From Elsinoe ampelina (Eukaryota): a DNA stretch of 64,000 nucleotides. Of the stretch, positions 1 through 12,227 are shown one piece after another. The notes below the pieces were generated by a model. The model made no database searches. It saw only the letters and a program-made list of their open reading frames with translations, and was not told where the DNA came from. The position numbers and the translations under genes are program-made. The stretch is from assembly GCA_010093995.1 (NCBI GenBank), contig ML992526.1, positions 1 through 64,000 of the forward strand. Reading direction: 5' to 3'. Each line of letters starts with the position of its first letter. Position 1 is the stretch's first letter.

Positions 1-640
1 GGTCACCCACCGCATTACTAATCAGGCGATCAGTTGCTTAAATATGGCAGATCTGACGGGATGCCTTGCTTTCAACTGTCTGTGGCCGTATCTGGCTACT
101 TGGCGCCACTTACTCAATATATCCACAGGCACTACTGGTCCGTGACCGCCATCCCGCAGCGTAAAGGCAAGATCCTGCTTGTGGTAGCCGTGAGCTCCTC
201 TCTCAGTATGAGACGACAAGTCGAAGCGCCTCCAAAAGCACAGGTGCAATTCAGACCCGATGTCTGTGTCCAACTTGTCACATCGCAGCGTGATGGGTTG
301 GTCAAGCTGGTTGGATGGCATACAGTCTCATCAGACCGATGGCCTGGCAAGCATCATTCTCTGGCGCGCTTGACACGAAGAGAGAACGATCTCAAGTTTG
401 GTAGGAAAGGTTCGGCCTGCAGGTAACTTAATATAATAATATGCGATGACCCATTGCAAGCACGCGGCAGATAGCCGCCGTCGTTGCAAGTCTGTGAAGA
501 CCACTGGCCACTTTGAGCCAAACCGGTGTGTAGCGATACAGCTGTGCATTGGGGCCCGGCGACGGGGCTTTCAGCAAAATCGTTGTCAATCCCGAGTCTT
601 CAACCAGACCAACAGATACGCTGGGTGAATATCAATTGCC

Positions 641-1432
641 ATGCCATTTTATGAGGATCTGACTTATTCCCATGATGAGACGATCAAGGCAGTACGCGAT
701 TATCACCGCTTCTTGATGGACCTATTTTTGGACGATGGAGATATCTTTGAGCCACCGGATTCAGGATGGCCTTCGTTGCAGACGTACCCCGAGGACTTTA
801 ACAAGTCAGACGATGTCAAGAGACTACTCAGGCATCTGCCCTACACTCGGCAGACAGTAGAGGGCGGTAGCAACACTCGCTTTGCGGATTGGTCGGCTCT
901 CATTGAGCTGAACGCCGATTTCGAGGACCTCATGGTCGACACCGAGGGTTTCGTCGCTCTCAAGGGGGAGGTACCTCCATATGTGGTCAGTCTCACTGAC
1001 AGTGAGACCGACTGCCCGATCTTCCTGCTAGACACGAAAGCAGGCGTGGTTTACTGGCCTGATGGCCCTGGAGAGATTGGGAACGAAGCCTCTCGAGAGC
1101 AGGTGACTTGCGACTATTATGAATGGGCCACCGACAAGGAAGCAATATGGCGGGAGAACTCGCTGGCTTGGACGGTACCGGACTTCTTCGAGGTCCTCAA
1201 AGATCTGTTCAGAAAATTGGATTTCGTTCCGGTCAGCCCTCACGAGGTGGATGACCCGTGGAATATGAGGCACGGCAGAACATTACTGGCACGGTCAAAG
1301 ACGATACTGCGTGAGCATGGCTGGCCAGACCTGGCGGCTTATGATAAGGAGAGTTGCGTGAAAGCTCTGCGGCAGTCCAAGGAAGACTACTGGGACGAAG
1401 TCGCACGGATAGACCCGAAGACAGTGGGATGA
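641..1432 (+). CDS. Hypothetical protein, 263 aa, single exon (acidic, Trp/Asp-rich; function unknown)
   Basis: Long ORF with a good start context (gccATG) and globular-looking sequence ([34 protein letters not shown]). It resembles an uncharacterised fungal family as I recall it; no domain assigned with certainty. Confidence 0.7.
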
Positions 1433-1725
1433 ATATGGTGGCCCTGTGACGCTACGAAAGTGTGAAGCTGGAAGGATGACGCCGGAGAACTTCTCATGTA
1501 CACTGATCCCAGGCGTTCACCAGCTCTTCGGCGACCGTTACGCAAACAAGCTCCTCTCAGCTTCCAACGGTGGCAGGTAAACTGTAATATTAGAGTTGCC
1601 ACGATGTTTACGAGCCGTTTCCCCAGCAAGTTGGCGAGTATCTGCCAACGTCTCACTCCTCTCGTCCTTACTGGTAATTTTTCCAGCACGCATCATCTTT
1701 GAACCAAGGTGGTGCCCAAGAGGGC

Positions 1726-2895
1726 ATGGAGGGCACCGATGCACACCTACATTTGTCGAGCAGGGGGTTGAGCTCACTGGAAGCTCTGCACCAGGGATTT
1801 GGGTCTTTACAGACATTGACAATTGTATGTCTTGCTTTGGCCACTGTCACCATGGGGCTACGGCTCTATGTGAGAAGAGCGATGGTCAAGATCTTCGGGC
1901 CTGAGGATTGGGCTATGTTGGTAGCATTTGTGAGCAGGACGATCTGTAGAGTCCTGTGTGGAGCTGACATCCTGTCAGATGTTCTTCGTGATACACACCT
2001 CGCTTCTTATCGTGGTGTTCAGGCTGGCCGCCCTGCTGTTCTCCGGTCGAATCGCCGTACTACCGCAGGTCGAGAAGGTGAATCTACTCACTTGAATGTC
2101 TTGCTTGTTGACTGAGACTTCCAGCTCTTCCACATCTGTTATGGCTTCTACATCCTCTGCCTCTTGTTTCTTAAGCTCTCCATGGGCTTCTTCTTCCTGC
2201 GCATCCTTCGCCACCGCGCCGTCCAGGTCGCGATCATCTACGCCCTTTGTACCGCCATTGTCGTCTCGGGGCTGATATTCTACGGCTTTGCGGTCTTCAC
2301 TTGTGCTCAGTTCCGAGATCTCACCTCCATTCGGGGCCAGTGTAGATACCAGCTTGCAGCAGATGTCACCAACACCATCTTCTCTGGACTCAACATCGTG
2401 TCGGGAGTCATTTTCGTTGGCCTGGCGGTCTATCCCTTGATCAAGTCCAAAATGCACATGCCTACCAAGATTGTGGCTTCTCTCATTCTTGCGCTCGGTA
2501 GTGTGGGGTGTGTCGCCTCGGCTGTGCGCCTCTCGCTTGTTCTGGAACCAACGGACTATACACGCTGGCTTGCGCAATTCATGTACAGTGGCCGTTGGCT
2601 GGTGACAGAGGTGACATGTGGGATCGTGGCGGCCAACCTTGCTCTCATTCGGCCTCTGCTAAGCCTGATCAGGCAGAGATTGTGTTTGATGATGAGTAGA
2701 CGGAGCAGCGAAGCATCTGGGCCCAATTCGACCGAGGCCGCATATGTAGAGCGAGCAACGATGGAAAGCCAGAAACTCAAGGGTCAGGGCGAGACTCTGA
2801 TGTGGATCGAGAAGAATATGATGCTGTCTGCAAGTGAAGTGGAAAGTAGGCAGGCGTCGTCTGCCATAGATCCAAAGGCTAGCATGACATTATGA
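1726..2895 (+). CDS. PTH11-like rhodopsin-domain integral membrane protein (non-CFEM GPCR-like), 3 exons
   Basis: Introns 1930-1978 and 2078-2124 (GT..CTGAC/TTGAC..AG) join frames. Family motifs LRLYVR...FGPEDW, LKLSMGFFFLRI, LGSVGCVASAVR and EVTCGIVAANL; several hydrophobic helices. Confidence 0.85.
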
Positions 2896-3722
2896 TATAC
2901 CAATAATTTGTTCACCTTCTCCATGCAAAACACCCAAGATCACGTGGTGACGGTGCTCCTTCTCAGTCATCGAAGTAAAAATCAGCGTCATGGCGTGATG
3001 GTTCGCTTGTGCAGCCCACATACAAGTTTTGGAACGCGTCAGGTCGCGTGGTCGAATACCGCTTGTCGATCATGACGGCGGAGGAGTAAACAGCCAACGC
3101 ATACCCCACGATAGATCAAATATGGTGCGATAAAACCACAAAAGTCCATGTGACTGCGACAATTCGATCTTGAGAGAATCTACGTTCGATGTGCCTGAAA
3201 CTTCAAAGGTTGGCTTGCGGGAACGGGTTAATTGTTGGCTGTCACTTTGGCGGCTATTGCATCAATGGCGTCGCCGCCCTGGGGGCAAACTGCACCTCCG
3301 ATTGGCCGCAGTTGTCCTGTCTTGATGCTGCCGCATGTCAAATTCCCTGCTTCATCTCCCCCTACGACTCGTGTCACCACATGGTGCTCTCGCGCCCATA
3401 TACCTCGCTTGCACTGGTGTATGGACTCGATCTTTTCTTCTAGGTCGCTTCTTTGTATTCACGACATCACGATTCTTTCAGCGGCATAGCGGCAGGTGCA
3501 TTCGTCTCGTATTCTTGCGGACGACAGAGTGATAGCGTAGCGAATTACCTTGGATCGAGATTCCACTTCCTGCACTCGTGATCACAGGAATAAGAGCAAG
3601 GACATATCATTGAGCATCAACACTCACACTCAAATCGTTGTTGGATCAGCAAATAATTAGATCGGGCGGGGACAACACATCACCCCAGACAGGAGGGCAG
3701 GGCCTTGTGAGCAGGTCTCACA

Positions 3723-6700
3723 ATGGCCGACGTGCCAGCAGCGACTGCGGCTCCTGGCGAAGGTATTGGAGGATTCCTCGACAGTGGAAGCGGACGTGCT
3801 ACACAATCCGAGCAGCAGACCGTAGGCACACTTCTGGCCTCGATTGCGACGGCGGCTGCCTCCTTCGGTATACAATTTCTGGTCTTCTACATTCTCAGAT
3901 GGCGCCTCACCCGAATATATCGACCAAAGACGTATCTCGTGCCCGAAAGGCAGAGGATACCAGCTCCCCCTTCTGGGCCATGGCAATGGATCAAGCCACT
4001 CTTCACCATGCCAAACTCTACAATCATCAACAAGTGCGGACTCGACGCATATTACTTCCTGAGATACCTGAGAATGCTACTCAAGATTTTCATTCCCATG
4101 GCGATTATCATTCTGCCCATACTCCTACCGATCAATAGGTACTCTGGTTCCCAAGACGACAGAGCAGAAGGCACCAATGAACTCGGCTTTCCCAACGTGT
4201 CACCCCCGAACTCAATCAGACTTTGGGCTCATCTTGTCCTCGCCGTCATGGTCATCTGCTGGGTCTGCTACGTGGTCTATGATGAGCTGCGAGGCTACAT
4301 CCGTATTCGTCAAGCTTACCTGACCTCTCCGCAACATCGGATACGGGCTTCAGCCACGACTGTTCTCGTGAGCGGCATACCGAGAAAGTGGCTGACTCTC
4401 GAGGCACTCAGCGGCCTTTACGACGTATTCCCTGGCGGTATCCGCAATATTTGGATCAATCGAGACTTTGACGAGCTACTCGAAAAAGTCCAACTTCGAG
4501 ACAAGACGGCTAGGCAGCTGGAGGACGCCGAAACTGTTTTGATCAAGATGTGTGTAAAGAAGCACAGACAAGAAGAGGCTAAGAAGGCGAAAGAGGAAGG
4601 CCGAGCTCTGTCAAGGAAGCAGAAGAAGGCAAAGAGAGAGCAGGACAATCAACAAGCTGAGAACATGGCCCAAGGAAAGGGTAAGAGCTCTGGAGACCCA
4701 CATCAGACACCTCATAATGTACACGAGGCTGCTGACGACTACGAGCACGGCGGACACGAGAGCGATTCAAGCGACTCTACTAGCGTTGACCAACCCGCAC
4801 TCGACCTGAAGAATCCTCTCAAATTGGTCGGTCATGGCCTAGGTGCCTTGACGCACGGTATCGCTTCGATAGGCCAGAAAAGCAAGAACTTGGTTGGCGA
4901 GGTCGTCGACGATGTCAATCACGGGGTCAAGACGGTCAACAATGTCGTCGATAGTGCAAACACTGGCGGCGGCTTTGTCGCAGACGATTCCGCTTATGAG
5001 CAGCCATCGAGGAACAAATACCGGCAAGAAAACTTCGCACCTCCTGGTAGGGTTGCGACTCAACCAGGCGTTCGTGTTGTCCAAGACAGTGGGCGAGGGA
5101 ACCACAGCCACAATCAGCATCAGACCCATCATCGCCAAAACACCTCAGTCGACGCAACACCACCCTCGGCAACTTCCACTGCGGTGACCAGTTCTGGTGC
5201 TAGGATCTCGAACGCAGAACCACAGTCTTTTGAACAATTACGCCCTACAGAACAGCAGGCAGAACAGCGCCCAACCGGTGCCAAGGGGATGAAATCCAAG
5301 GTTAAGGCATACAAGAATAGATCCGCTCTACCATTCCCAAGTCCTAATCCACAAGCCATCGAGGCACCTGAGTACCCGTTGGAGGATCTTGGTGCTGGGC
5401 AACAGAACGGTCACAAGCACGAGGATCGCGTGGCAAAGAGCAAATGGGCTGAAGCGTGGAGCAGAACACAATTCTGGAAGAAAAAGTCGACAGAAGAAGA
5501 GCCTGCGGTCGAGTATCCCAAAGCCTTCGTTGACGAGTATGCCGAAGACCAAGACGGCGAGCCAGAGTGGAAGAAATATATTGAAGCCAAGGACCGTCAG
5601 ACTATGCGACTACCTGTTGTACCCTGGATGTTCAGTCTGCCTCTTATTGGTGAGAAGGTTGACAGAATCTATCACCTGCGCAAAGAGCTCGCTCGACTCA
5701 ACGCAGAGATCGAGGCCGACCAGAGCGACGAAGGTATAGAACGTACACCTTTGATGAACAGTGCTTTCATCCAATTCAACCACCAAATCGCTGCTCACAT
5801 GGCTTGTCAATCTGTCAGTCATCACATTCCGCAACACATGGCGCCACGACTGATCGAGATTTCCCCAAACGACGTTATCTGGTCAAATATGTCTATCAAG
5901 TGGTGGGAGAGGTACATCCGCACTGGCCTCGTTGTCGCAGCATGCACCGGCTTGATCATCCTCTTCGCCATTCCTGTCGGCTTCACAGGTCTGTTGTCTC
6001 AGGTTAACGCACTTGCCGCAACGTATCCTTGGCTTGCATGGCTGGCAGATCTCCCAACAGTCGTCATTTCAATCATTCAGGGTATCCTGCCCCCCGTGTT
6101 GCTTGCTGCCTTGCTAGCAATTGTGCCGATCATCTTCCGATTCCTGGTCCAGATGATGGGCGTAGCTACTACAAACGACAAAGAGCTTGGAGTACAGAAG
6201 TTTTACTTTACATTTCTGTTCTTCCAAGTTTTCCTGGTCGTCACACTCTCAGCTGGACTCACTCGTACTCTCACAGACTTGGCCAGCGATACCATTGGAG
6301 TTCTCCGAAAGATCGCGACCGACCTACCGAAATCTTCCAACTACTTCTACAGTTACATGGCTGTTCAAGCTTTGGGTCAGAGCGCTGGTGCACTTCTGCA
6401 AGTCGGCACATTGATCTTCTGGTTTATACTCGGCCCGATCCTGGACTCGACAGCCAGGCAAAAATGGGCACGACAGACTAACATTCAGTCGATCCAATGG
6501 GGTTCCTACTTCCCATTCTTTACACTCATCGCCACCATCGGTATCATCTTCTCGATCATTTCTCCTCTGATCCTGATATTCAACCTGGTCACGTTCAGTC
6601 TTTTCTTGCTAGTCCAGCGCTACAACGTTCTGTACGTCTACCTCTTCCGCAGTGATACTGGTGGACTGCTATTCCCAAATGCGGTCAACCAATTGTACAC

Positions 6701-7724
6701 TGGTCTTTACGTCATGGAGTTCTCTCTAGCTGGTCTTTTCCTCATCGCCCGAGACTCCAATGGAGGCTCCGCTGCTATTCCACAAGGCATCATCATGATC
6801 GTCATGATTGCCTTCACCGCACTCTTCCAAGTCCTCTTGAATTCGGCCTTCGCCCCATTGCTACGCTATCTGCCTATCACATTGGAAGATGAAGCCGTCA
6901 TCCGTGACGAAGAGTTCGCCCGAGCCCAAGCCGCTCGATTCCGTGGCCTGACCCAAGAAGAGCCTGACGAACGCGACGGCGACGATATAGAAGACCAGCT
7001 CGCAAAGCGTGAGCGTCAAGAAGAAGAAGCCGATAGATTCGCCGAAGAGCAAGAACGTGAACAAATCCGGGAGAAACGCGCGAGCCGTGGCGACAGCAGA
7101 AGCACCTCCCGCCACCTCCGCAACGGAAGTCACAACCGCCACTCCTCCATGCAAACCAAACCCACCGGCCACTCCAGCTGGAAAGACCGCGCCACCACCG
7201 CCGCCCGCACCCCGACCGACGCCCTCCGCCGCTTCACCCAACCCCGCGGCCGCAACACCGCCCCAACCGCTCCCGCCACCGCCGCAAAGGAGACTACCAA
7301 CGGCTTCTCCGTCGCCCCCGCCTCGGCCCGCGAGCAGCGCCACCAACGTGACGTCGAAGCCCAACAAGTAGCAGGCGACGTCCTCTTCTCAGGCTTCAGC
7401 GACGAACTCGAAGACCTGACTCCCGAAGAGAGGGATTCCCTCGTGCGGTACGCCTTCCAGCACCAAGCACTTCGCGCACGTAGGCCGGTGGTGTGGATCC
7501 CGCGCGACCCGTTGGGGGTGAGCGACGATGAGATTGCGAGGAGTAAGCTGATGTCGACTGTGGGGAGGGGGGATGGCGAGGGCGAAGGGGAGAAGGAAGG
7601 CGAGGGGGAGACGACGACGTATATCTGGATGAGTAATGATGGGACGGGGTTGGATGCGAAGAACAGGGTGGTATTCAGGAAGAGCCCACCGGATTTTGCG
7701 AGTGTGGATTTGATTCAGTTGTAG
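3723..7724 (+). CDS. OSCA/TMEM63 (CSC1/RSN1/PHM7, DUF221) calcium-permeable mechanosensitive channel, 1333 aa
   Basis: Motifs RIYRPKTYL, GLDAYYFLRYL, SAFIQF, PNDVIWSN, DTGGLLFP and the C-terminal VWIPRDPLGVS extension; multiple transmembrane segments; single exon. Confidence 0.93.
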   Translation: MADVPAATAAPGEGIGGFLDSGSGRATQSEQQTVGTLLASIATAAASFGIQFLVFYILRWRLTRIYRPKTYLVPERQRIPAPPSGPWQWIKPLFTMPNSTIINKCGLDAYYFLRYLRMLLKIFIPMAIIILPILLPINRYSGSQDDRAEGTNELGFPNVSPPNSIRLWAHLVLAVMVICWVCYVVYDELRGYIRIRQAYLTSPQHRIRASATTVLVSGIPRKWLTLEALSGLYDVFPGGIRNIWINRDFDELLEKVQLRDKTARQLEDAETVLIKMCVKKHRQEEAKKAKEEGRALSRKQKKAKREQDNQQAENMAQGKGKSSGDPHQTPHNVHEAADDYEHGGHESDSSDSTSVDQPALDLKNPLKLVGHGLGALTHGIASIGQKSKNLVGEVVDDVNHGVKTVNNVVDSANTGGGFVADDSAYEQPSRNKYRQENFAPPGRVATQPGVRVVQDSGRGNHSHNQHQTHHRQNTSVDATPPSATSTAVTSSGARISNAEPQSFEQLRPTEQQAEQRPTGAKGMKSKVKAYKNRSALPFPSPNPQAIEAPEYPLEDLGAGQQNGHKHEDRVAKSKWAEAWSRTQFWKKKSTEEEPAVEYPKAFVDEYAEDQDGEPEWKKYIEAKDRQTMRLPVVPWMFSLPLIGEKVDRIYHLRKELARLNAEIEADQSDEGIERTPLMNSAFIQFNHQIAAHMACQSVSHHIPQHMAPRLIEISPNDVIWSNMSIKWWERYIRTGLVVAACTGLIILFAIPVGFTGLLSQVNALAATYPWLAWLADLPTVVISIIQGILPPVLLAALLAIVPIIFRFLVQMMGVATTNDKELGVQKFYFTFLFFQVFLVVTLSAGLTRTLTDLASDTIGVLRKIATDLPKSSNYFYSYMAVQALGQSAGALLQVGTLIFWFILGPILDSTARQKWARQTNIQSIQWGSYFPFFTLIATIGIIFSIISPLILIFNLVTFSLFLLVQRYNVLYVYLFRSDTGGLLFPNAVNQLYTGLYVMEFSLAGLFLIARDSNGGSAAIPQGIIMIVMIAFTALFQVLLNSAFAPLLRYLPITLEDEAVIRDEEFARAQAARFRGLTQEEPDERDGDDIEDQLAKRERQEEEADRFAEEQEREQIREKRASRGDSRSTSRHLRNGSHNRHSSMQTKPTGHSSWKDRATTAARTPTDALRRFTQPRGRNTAPTAPATAAKETTNGFSVAPASAREQRHQRDVEAQQVAGDVLFSGFSDELEDLTPEERDSLVRYAFQHQALRARRPVVWIPRDPLGVSDDEIARSKLMSTVGRGDGEGEGEKEGEGETTTYIWMSNDGTGLDAKNRVVFRKSPPDFASVDLIQL

Positions 7725-7846
7725 ATGGACGATGAAGGGGGTCGGGGGGATGAATGTACACTATTGTTGGGAGAAGATGTTCGTTGCTAATCATACACCA
7801 CTGACGACTCAACCACCCCTTCATGACCTTCCACTCCAGGTGTCAT

Positions 7847-8689
7847 CTAGAAATCCGCCTTTTCCGCATTCGTCCCACTCCCGTATCTCTTGACATCCTC
7901 CTTGGCCGCCCCCTTGTACTTCTCAAAGTGCTTAACTTCTTCGCTATCCATGTACTTGACCACATTATCCGCCTGCCATTTCTTGAAGCTGAACCCGAGG
8001 CCTTCGTGCGAGTAGTCCTTGTCGTTGGCCTGGTCCTTGTGGTACTTGACCTTGATAAAGTCCGAGTCCTTCGTCTCCGGGTCGAGGGAGAGGGAGACGA
8101 GGGCATTGATGGTCGCGGTTTTGGGGATGACTTTGAAAGTCCACGACTAGTTCTCCCCGTCAGCAATCGGGACCAGGAGGAAGCCAGCGCAGAGGAGAAG
8201 AGACAGTCCGCAGGCAGGAGGCAGGGACATGGGACTCACCTGCTCATTCTTAAACTGGATCAACCCGTCCTCGTTCTTCACGATCTCGTAGCCCTCGTTC
8301 TTACTCGCTTTGAACAGCTTCGGCAGCGCGAACCACTGTCCCGCCATCTTGTACAGGTCGTTTGCGTACACGAATTGGTCGTCGTACACGCAGTCCGGTG
8401 TGTACCGCTCGACCCGTCGGATGGTGGGTTCGCATGAGTACAGCGCGATGATGTCGTCGACGAGCTCCTGGCGGGCTTTGGAGAGTTTGATGGATTTGTT
8501 GGGGTCGGGCTTGTAGTCTTCTGTGCTGTTGGTTTGGCGGACTTCGAATTGCTCGCCTGGAGCGGTGGTGGTGGAGGACATTTTGGTGGTGGTGGTGAGG
8601 GGCCGGGAGTGTGCTGTGGGGAGTCTGTATGGGGTGGTCCTGAATTGAGTCCTGAGGATTGGAGAGCGTGTGATTGTACGAAGAGACAT
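7847..8689 (-). CDS. NTF2/SnoaL-like fungal protein, 2 exons (alternative start at 8581)
   Basis: Intron 8147-8239 joins ...FKNEQ to SWTFKVIPK...; core YTPDCVYDDQFVYA...GQWFALPKLF is typical of fungal NTF2-like proteins; stop TAG at 7847-7849. Confidence 0.75.
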
Positions 8690-9217
8690 TGGAGAGGAGA
8701 TATGTCCTGCGGCGGACGGTGATTTTGTGTCAGATGTGATGGACCTACCTCTGCCGTATGCATGGTGAGGTGACGCAACAATGATCATGGCGGGAATGGT
8801 TGTGTCAAGCTGTTGTCACGGAGGGAGAATTGTCTGGGCTGTGCATGTACTTGTCAGAATATGCGAATCACGGAGGATTGAGAATGCCGTCGGAGCAGGA
8901 GATGTGCCTGGGAGTGATGATTAGGTGAAAACAAGGGTCGTCGTCGACCAAGGTATATCTTGGCGGTGACCGAGCTTTACCTCGGCATATCATTCAGATA
9001 TACAGTAGTACGGTTTCTACTTCAGATAGTTGGGGCTGTCGATAGTATTATATTGGAAGCTATTCTACAAGCGAGTGATATCCAGCCCATGCTTTGATCC
9101 AGCAATGCCCCTGATGCCCGAGCAGGAAATTACACATACAACACTCCCAATCTGCGAGCTCTTCATGAATTGAGATACCGTGCTGCCGTCCAAAATCATC
9201 CACATTACCAGATCGAT

Positions 9218-10621
9218 CTAGTGACCGCTCTCCACCATGACTCCCGACGCTCTTCCATGGACAGAGGTCTTCATCCTACTCCGCAATTCCTTGATAGGGG
9301 CGGCGAATGAGCTAGCGCTTTGTGAAGGAGCAGGGAGACTCTTCTTCCTCGGACTTCTGCGGAGGACCCTATCCTGCGTCTTTGAAGCATTCTCCTCTCC
9401 TGTCGACGCGCCAGGATCCTCGCCTTCAAACGGTGGCGCGAGCTCGACCGTCTGCATGACAGGCTCTTCCTTCTTGATCTCGGGCTGCGCCTCCTTTTCT
9501 TTCCTGGCGATCTCCTCCCTCCGTGCCATGGCCTTCCTGTCCCGCTCATATCGCAAACTAGTGTCGCCTCTGAACTTTGTGTTCAATAGACCGTCCCAGA
9601 ATGTGAAGAATGGCTGGCTGAAGTTTGTCTTGATTCCCCAGCTTTGGTGATGGATGTCATGGTATGTCGCGTTATTGCTTGTGAGATGCTGCAGCGGATC
9701 AAATGGCAGGGCATATCCACAATGGTCGTCCACCGTCTTGATCGTGCTGCAAGTGAAGAACCACATAGCCTGCCTGCAGGTCATGCCGGTCAACAGATAT
9801 GCGACACCAGCTCCGAGCGTGTCGAGGATGAAGCCTTCAACCGGGTGGTTGTACAAAGCACCATACGCGTACGGCACGTAGAGGCGATGGTGTCGCGAGT
9901 GGAATTGAGCTGGTCATCATTAGTACAGCGACTTGGAGGATCCTATGTTCGTCTACTTACTGTACAGCCACTTGTTGAGGTGCATGGCGCGGTGCCAGAA
10001 GTATTGCCAGGTATCAATAATGGTGACGCCAACAAAGAATTGGATGGCTGGAATACCGACGTGGTAGACAGCCTTGGCTGCTAGAAGCTCCCATCCTGCA
10101 AATGCCGGGACAAGAGCTCCCGTAGCATCGTGCTGGACCTTATCGTACAATCCACCAGCCAGAACCGCGGACACATTCGGATATGCAGACCCCAGCTTTT
10201 GAGCCAGACCCAGCGAATCCACACCAATCATGGCAAGCCCCGAAGGCACTGCCTGCTGGGCAATCCTGATCCTACGAGCCCACACAGCGATATCATAGTC
10301 TTGCTTGCCCTTCATCGGTATCGGGTCAATCGCTCCAAGCAGAAACGCGAATCCAGTCTGAATGATCTGCTGAATGACGACTTCACGAAAGACCTCCCAT
10401 CTTGAGACATGATTGCGCTTCGTGAGCTCTTCAGGTGTGTGCAGTCGGTAAGAAGGAGCGAGGTCGTAGACATCTATTAAGTGGAAGAAGCCGGAGACGG
10501 CCCAGTATGCGACGATTAAAAGGAGGGCCTGAAGTAGAGTATCGGGCAGGCCCGGAATTAGAGGCTCGAGAGGTGTGAGAGTGTAATCGGGGAGCGGTGG
10601 TAATGTCGAGTTGGTCGCCAT
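9218..10621 (-). CDS. SUR2: Sphinganine C4-hydroxylase (fatty acid hydroxylase superfamily), 2 exons
   Basis: Intron 9910-9960. Histidine boxes HRAMH, HSRHH, DDHCGY and HDIHH; motifs YVPYAYGALYNHP and WGIKTNFSQPFFTFWD. Confidence 0.93.
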
Positions 10622-11321
10622 GTCTGGCAGTATATTATACAGCCGCCTCTTGCTCAGTGACAGTCGAGGCGGCTTGTGTCAGACAGCTGACGAATGCGGG
10701 ATTAAGACGGCTTGTCGTGTGACGGTATTATTAATACAATCGGCGATATAGGTTCGCAAAGTGGGTGTTGTTGGTATGGTCGTGCGATCAGTCCAAGGAG
10801 TGGCAAGGGTGGGCAGTTGTCGTAAAGCAAAGCAGGTGTTTAGGAGGAAGGTGTGTGAGAGAAGGGTCGATGTTTTCATAAGATGACCGCACCTCACCAA
10901 CAACCAAAGACGGCTAGAGGGCTGAGCGCCAGGCCGATCGATTGTGGCAAAACCTTGATTCGAGGCCGAGATTAGATATGATCTGATCTTTCGGAAATGA
11001 GCATGGCGGGACAATTGGATTCTGGACAAGGGGACCGGTATTATGTATTTCTCGTACCCTTGACTATTCTCTGGTGTTTCCAGTATCATGCACGAGATAT
11101 TCCGTATCCATCTATCTCAAGTGACAAGTCTCCAATCGGCGAGGCTGTTGCTGCAGGCGGCGTCTACTGTCGATGATGGGATCACCGGACCGCCGGCCGA
11201 TTGTGCTGATGTCATGCTCGATGCGGGATCCTTGTGGTTGCACACATGTCTGTTATCCTGAGGTAGGACATTCTCGTCGTAAATCTTTCTACAAGTCTCT
11301 ATCTCGTTTCTTTGCATAGCC

Positions 11322-12180
11322 ATGGCTTCCGACGCATGTTGTATCTGCTCTTCACTGCTAGACACGTTCGACGAGAAGACCGAGAAACCTATCATCCCCG
11401 ACCGGTATCTAGGCTGCTGCGGACGGGTCATATGCACTCGATGCGTCGTTAAGAACCCACGGTTCAAGTCATATTGTCCATACTGCCAGATCTCCTCGGA
11501 GCCCTCGGCCTTACCGCAAGGCCTGAAAGAGCCGCCTTCGTATGATGCCACCTCAAAGGCAGAAGCGCTGAAAGAGAAGAAGTTGCCACTCGACGAAGAC
11601 GAGCTCCCTGCGTACTCAGAGGTTCCACCACGACAGCCACAGCCAGAAAAGGGCGCGGACACTCCAGCGGAAGACGTCCTGCATTTCGTCACACCAGACG
11701 ACAGTCTCCAGTCTCTCTCGCTAGCCTATGGTGTGCCTATCAACGCTCTCCGGAAGACGAACAACATCTTCGCCGACCACCTTCTCAAGGGCAGAAAGAC
11801 AGTCCTCATACCGGGAGAATACTACAAAGGCGGCGTCAGCCTATCCCCTCAACCCCTCGACGACCCCGAAGAAGAGCTCAAGAAGAGCAAGATCCGACGT
11901 TGGATGATGGCCTGCAAATGCGCAGAGTGAGTACCTCCACTTGTATCTCCCTCCCTCAAGCCCGATCTCTGACGTGAGGAGCGTTGCTCCCAAGTACAGA
12001 TACGATGTAGCCGTCCTCTACCTCGAACAAACCGAATACGACCTCGAAGTCGCCATCCAAGCCTTCCACCACGACGAGCAATGGGAGAAAGAGCACCCGA
12101 TGAAAGAGAAGGGAAAGAAGCCAAAGACGCCGCGATCAGTGGGCATGAGACGTTTCGTGGGTGGTAGTTCACGCACGTGA
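11322..12180 (+). CDS. Intracellular LysM-domain protein with N-terminal Cys-rich (RING-like) zinc finger, 2 exons
   Basis: CxxC...CCxxxxCxxC...CxxC at the N-terminus; LysM segment LHFVTPDDSLQSLSLAYGVPINALRKTN...VLIP; intron 11927-11999; no signal peptide. Confidence 0.8.
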
Positions 12181-12227
12181 GGTCTTGCTTGGAGAGGAAG
12201 TCTACGATTATCGCCCGTTTCTTCGGG

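Noticed and set aside
1..640. Short overlapping ORFs at the window start
   Set aside because: No motifs or consistent splice model; probably intergenic and promoter sequence.
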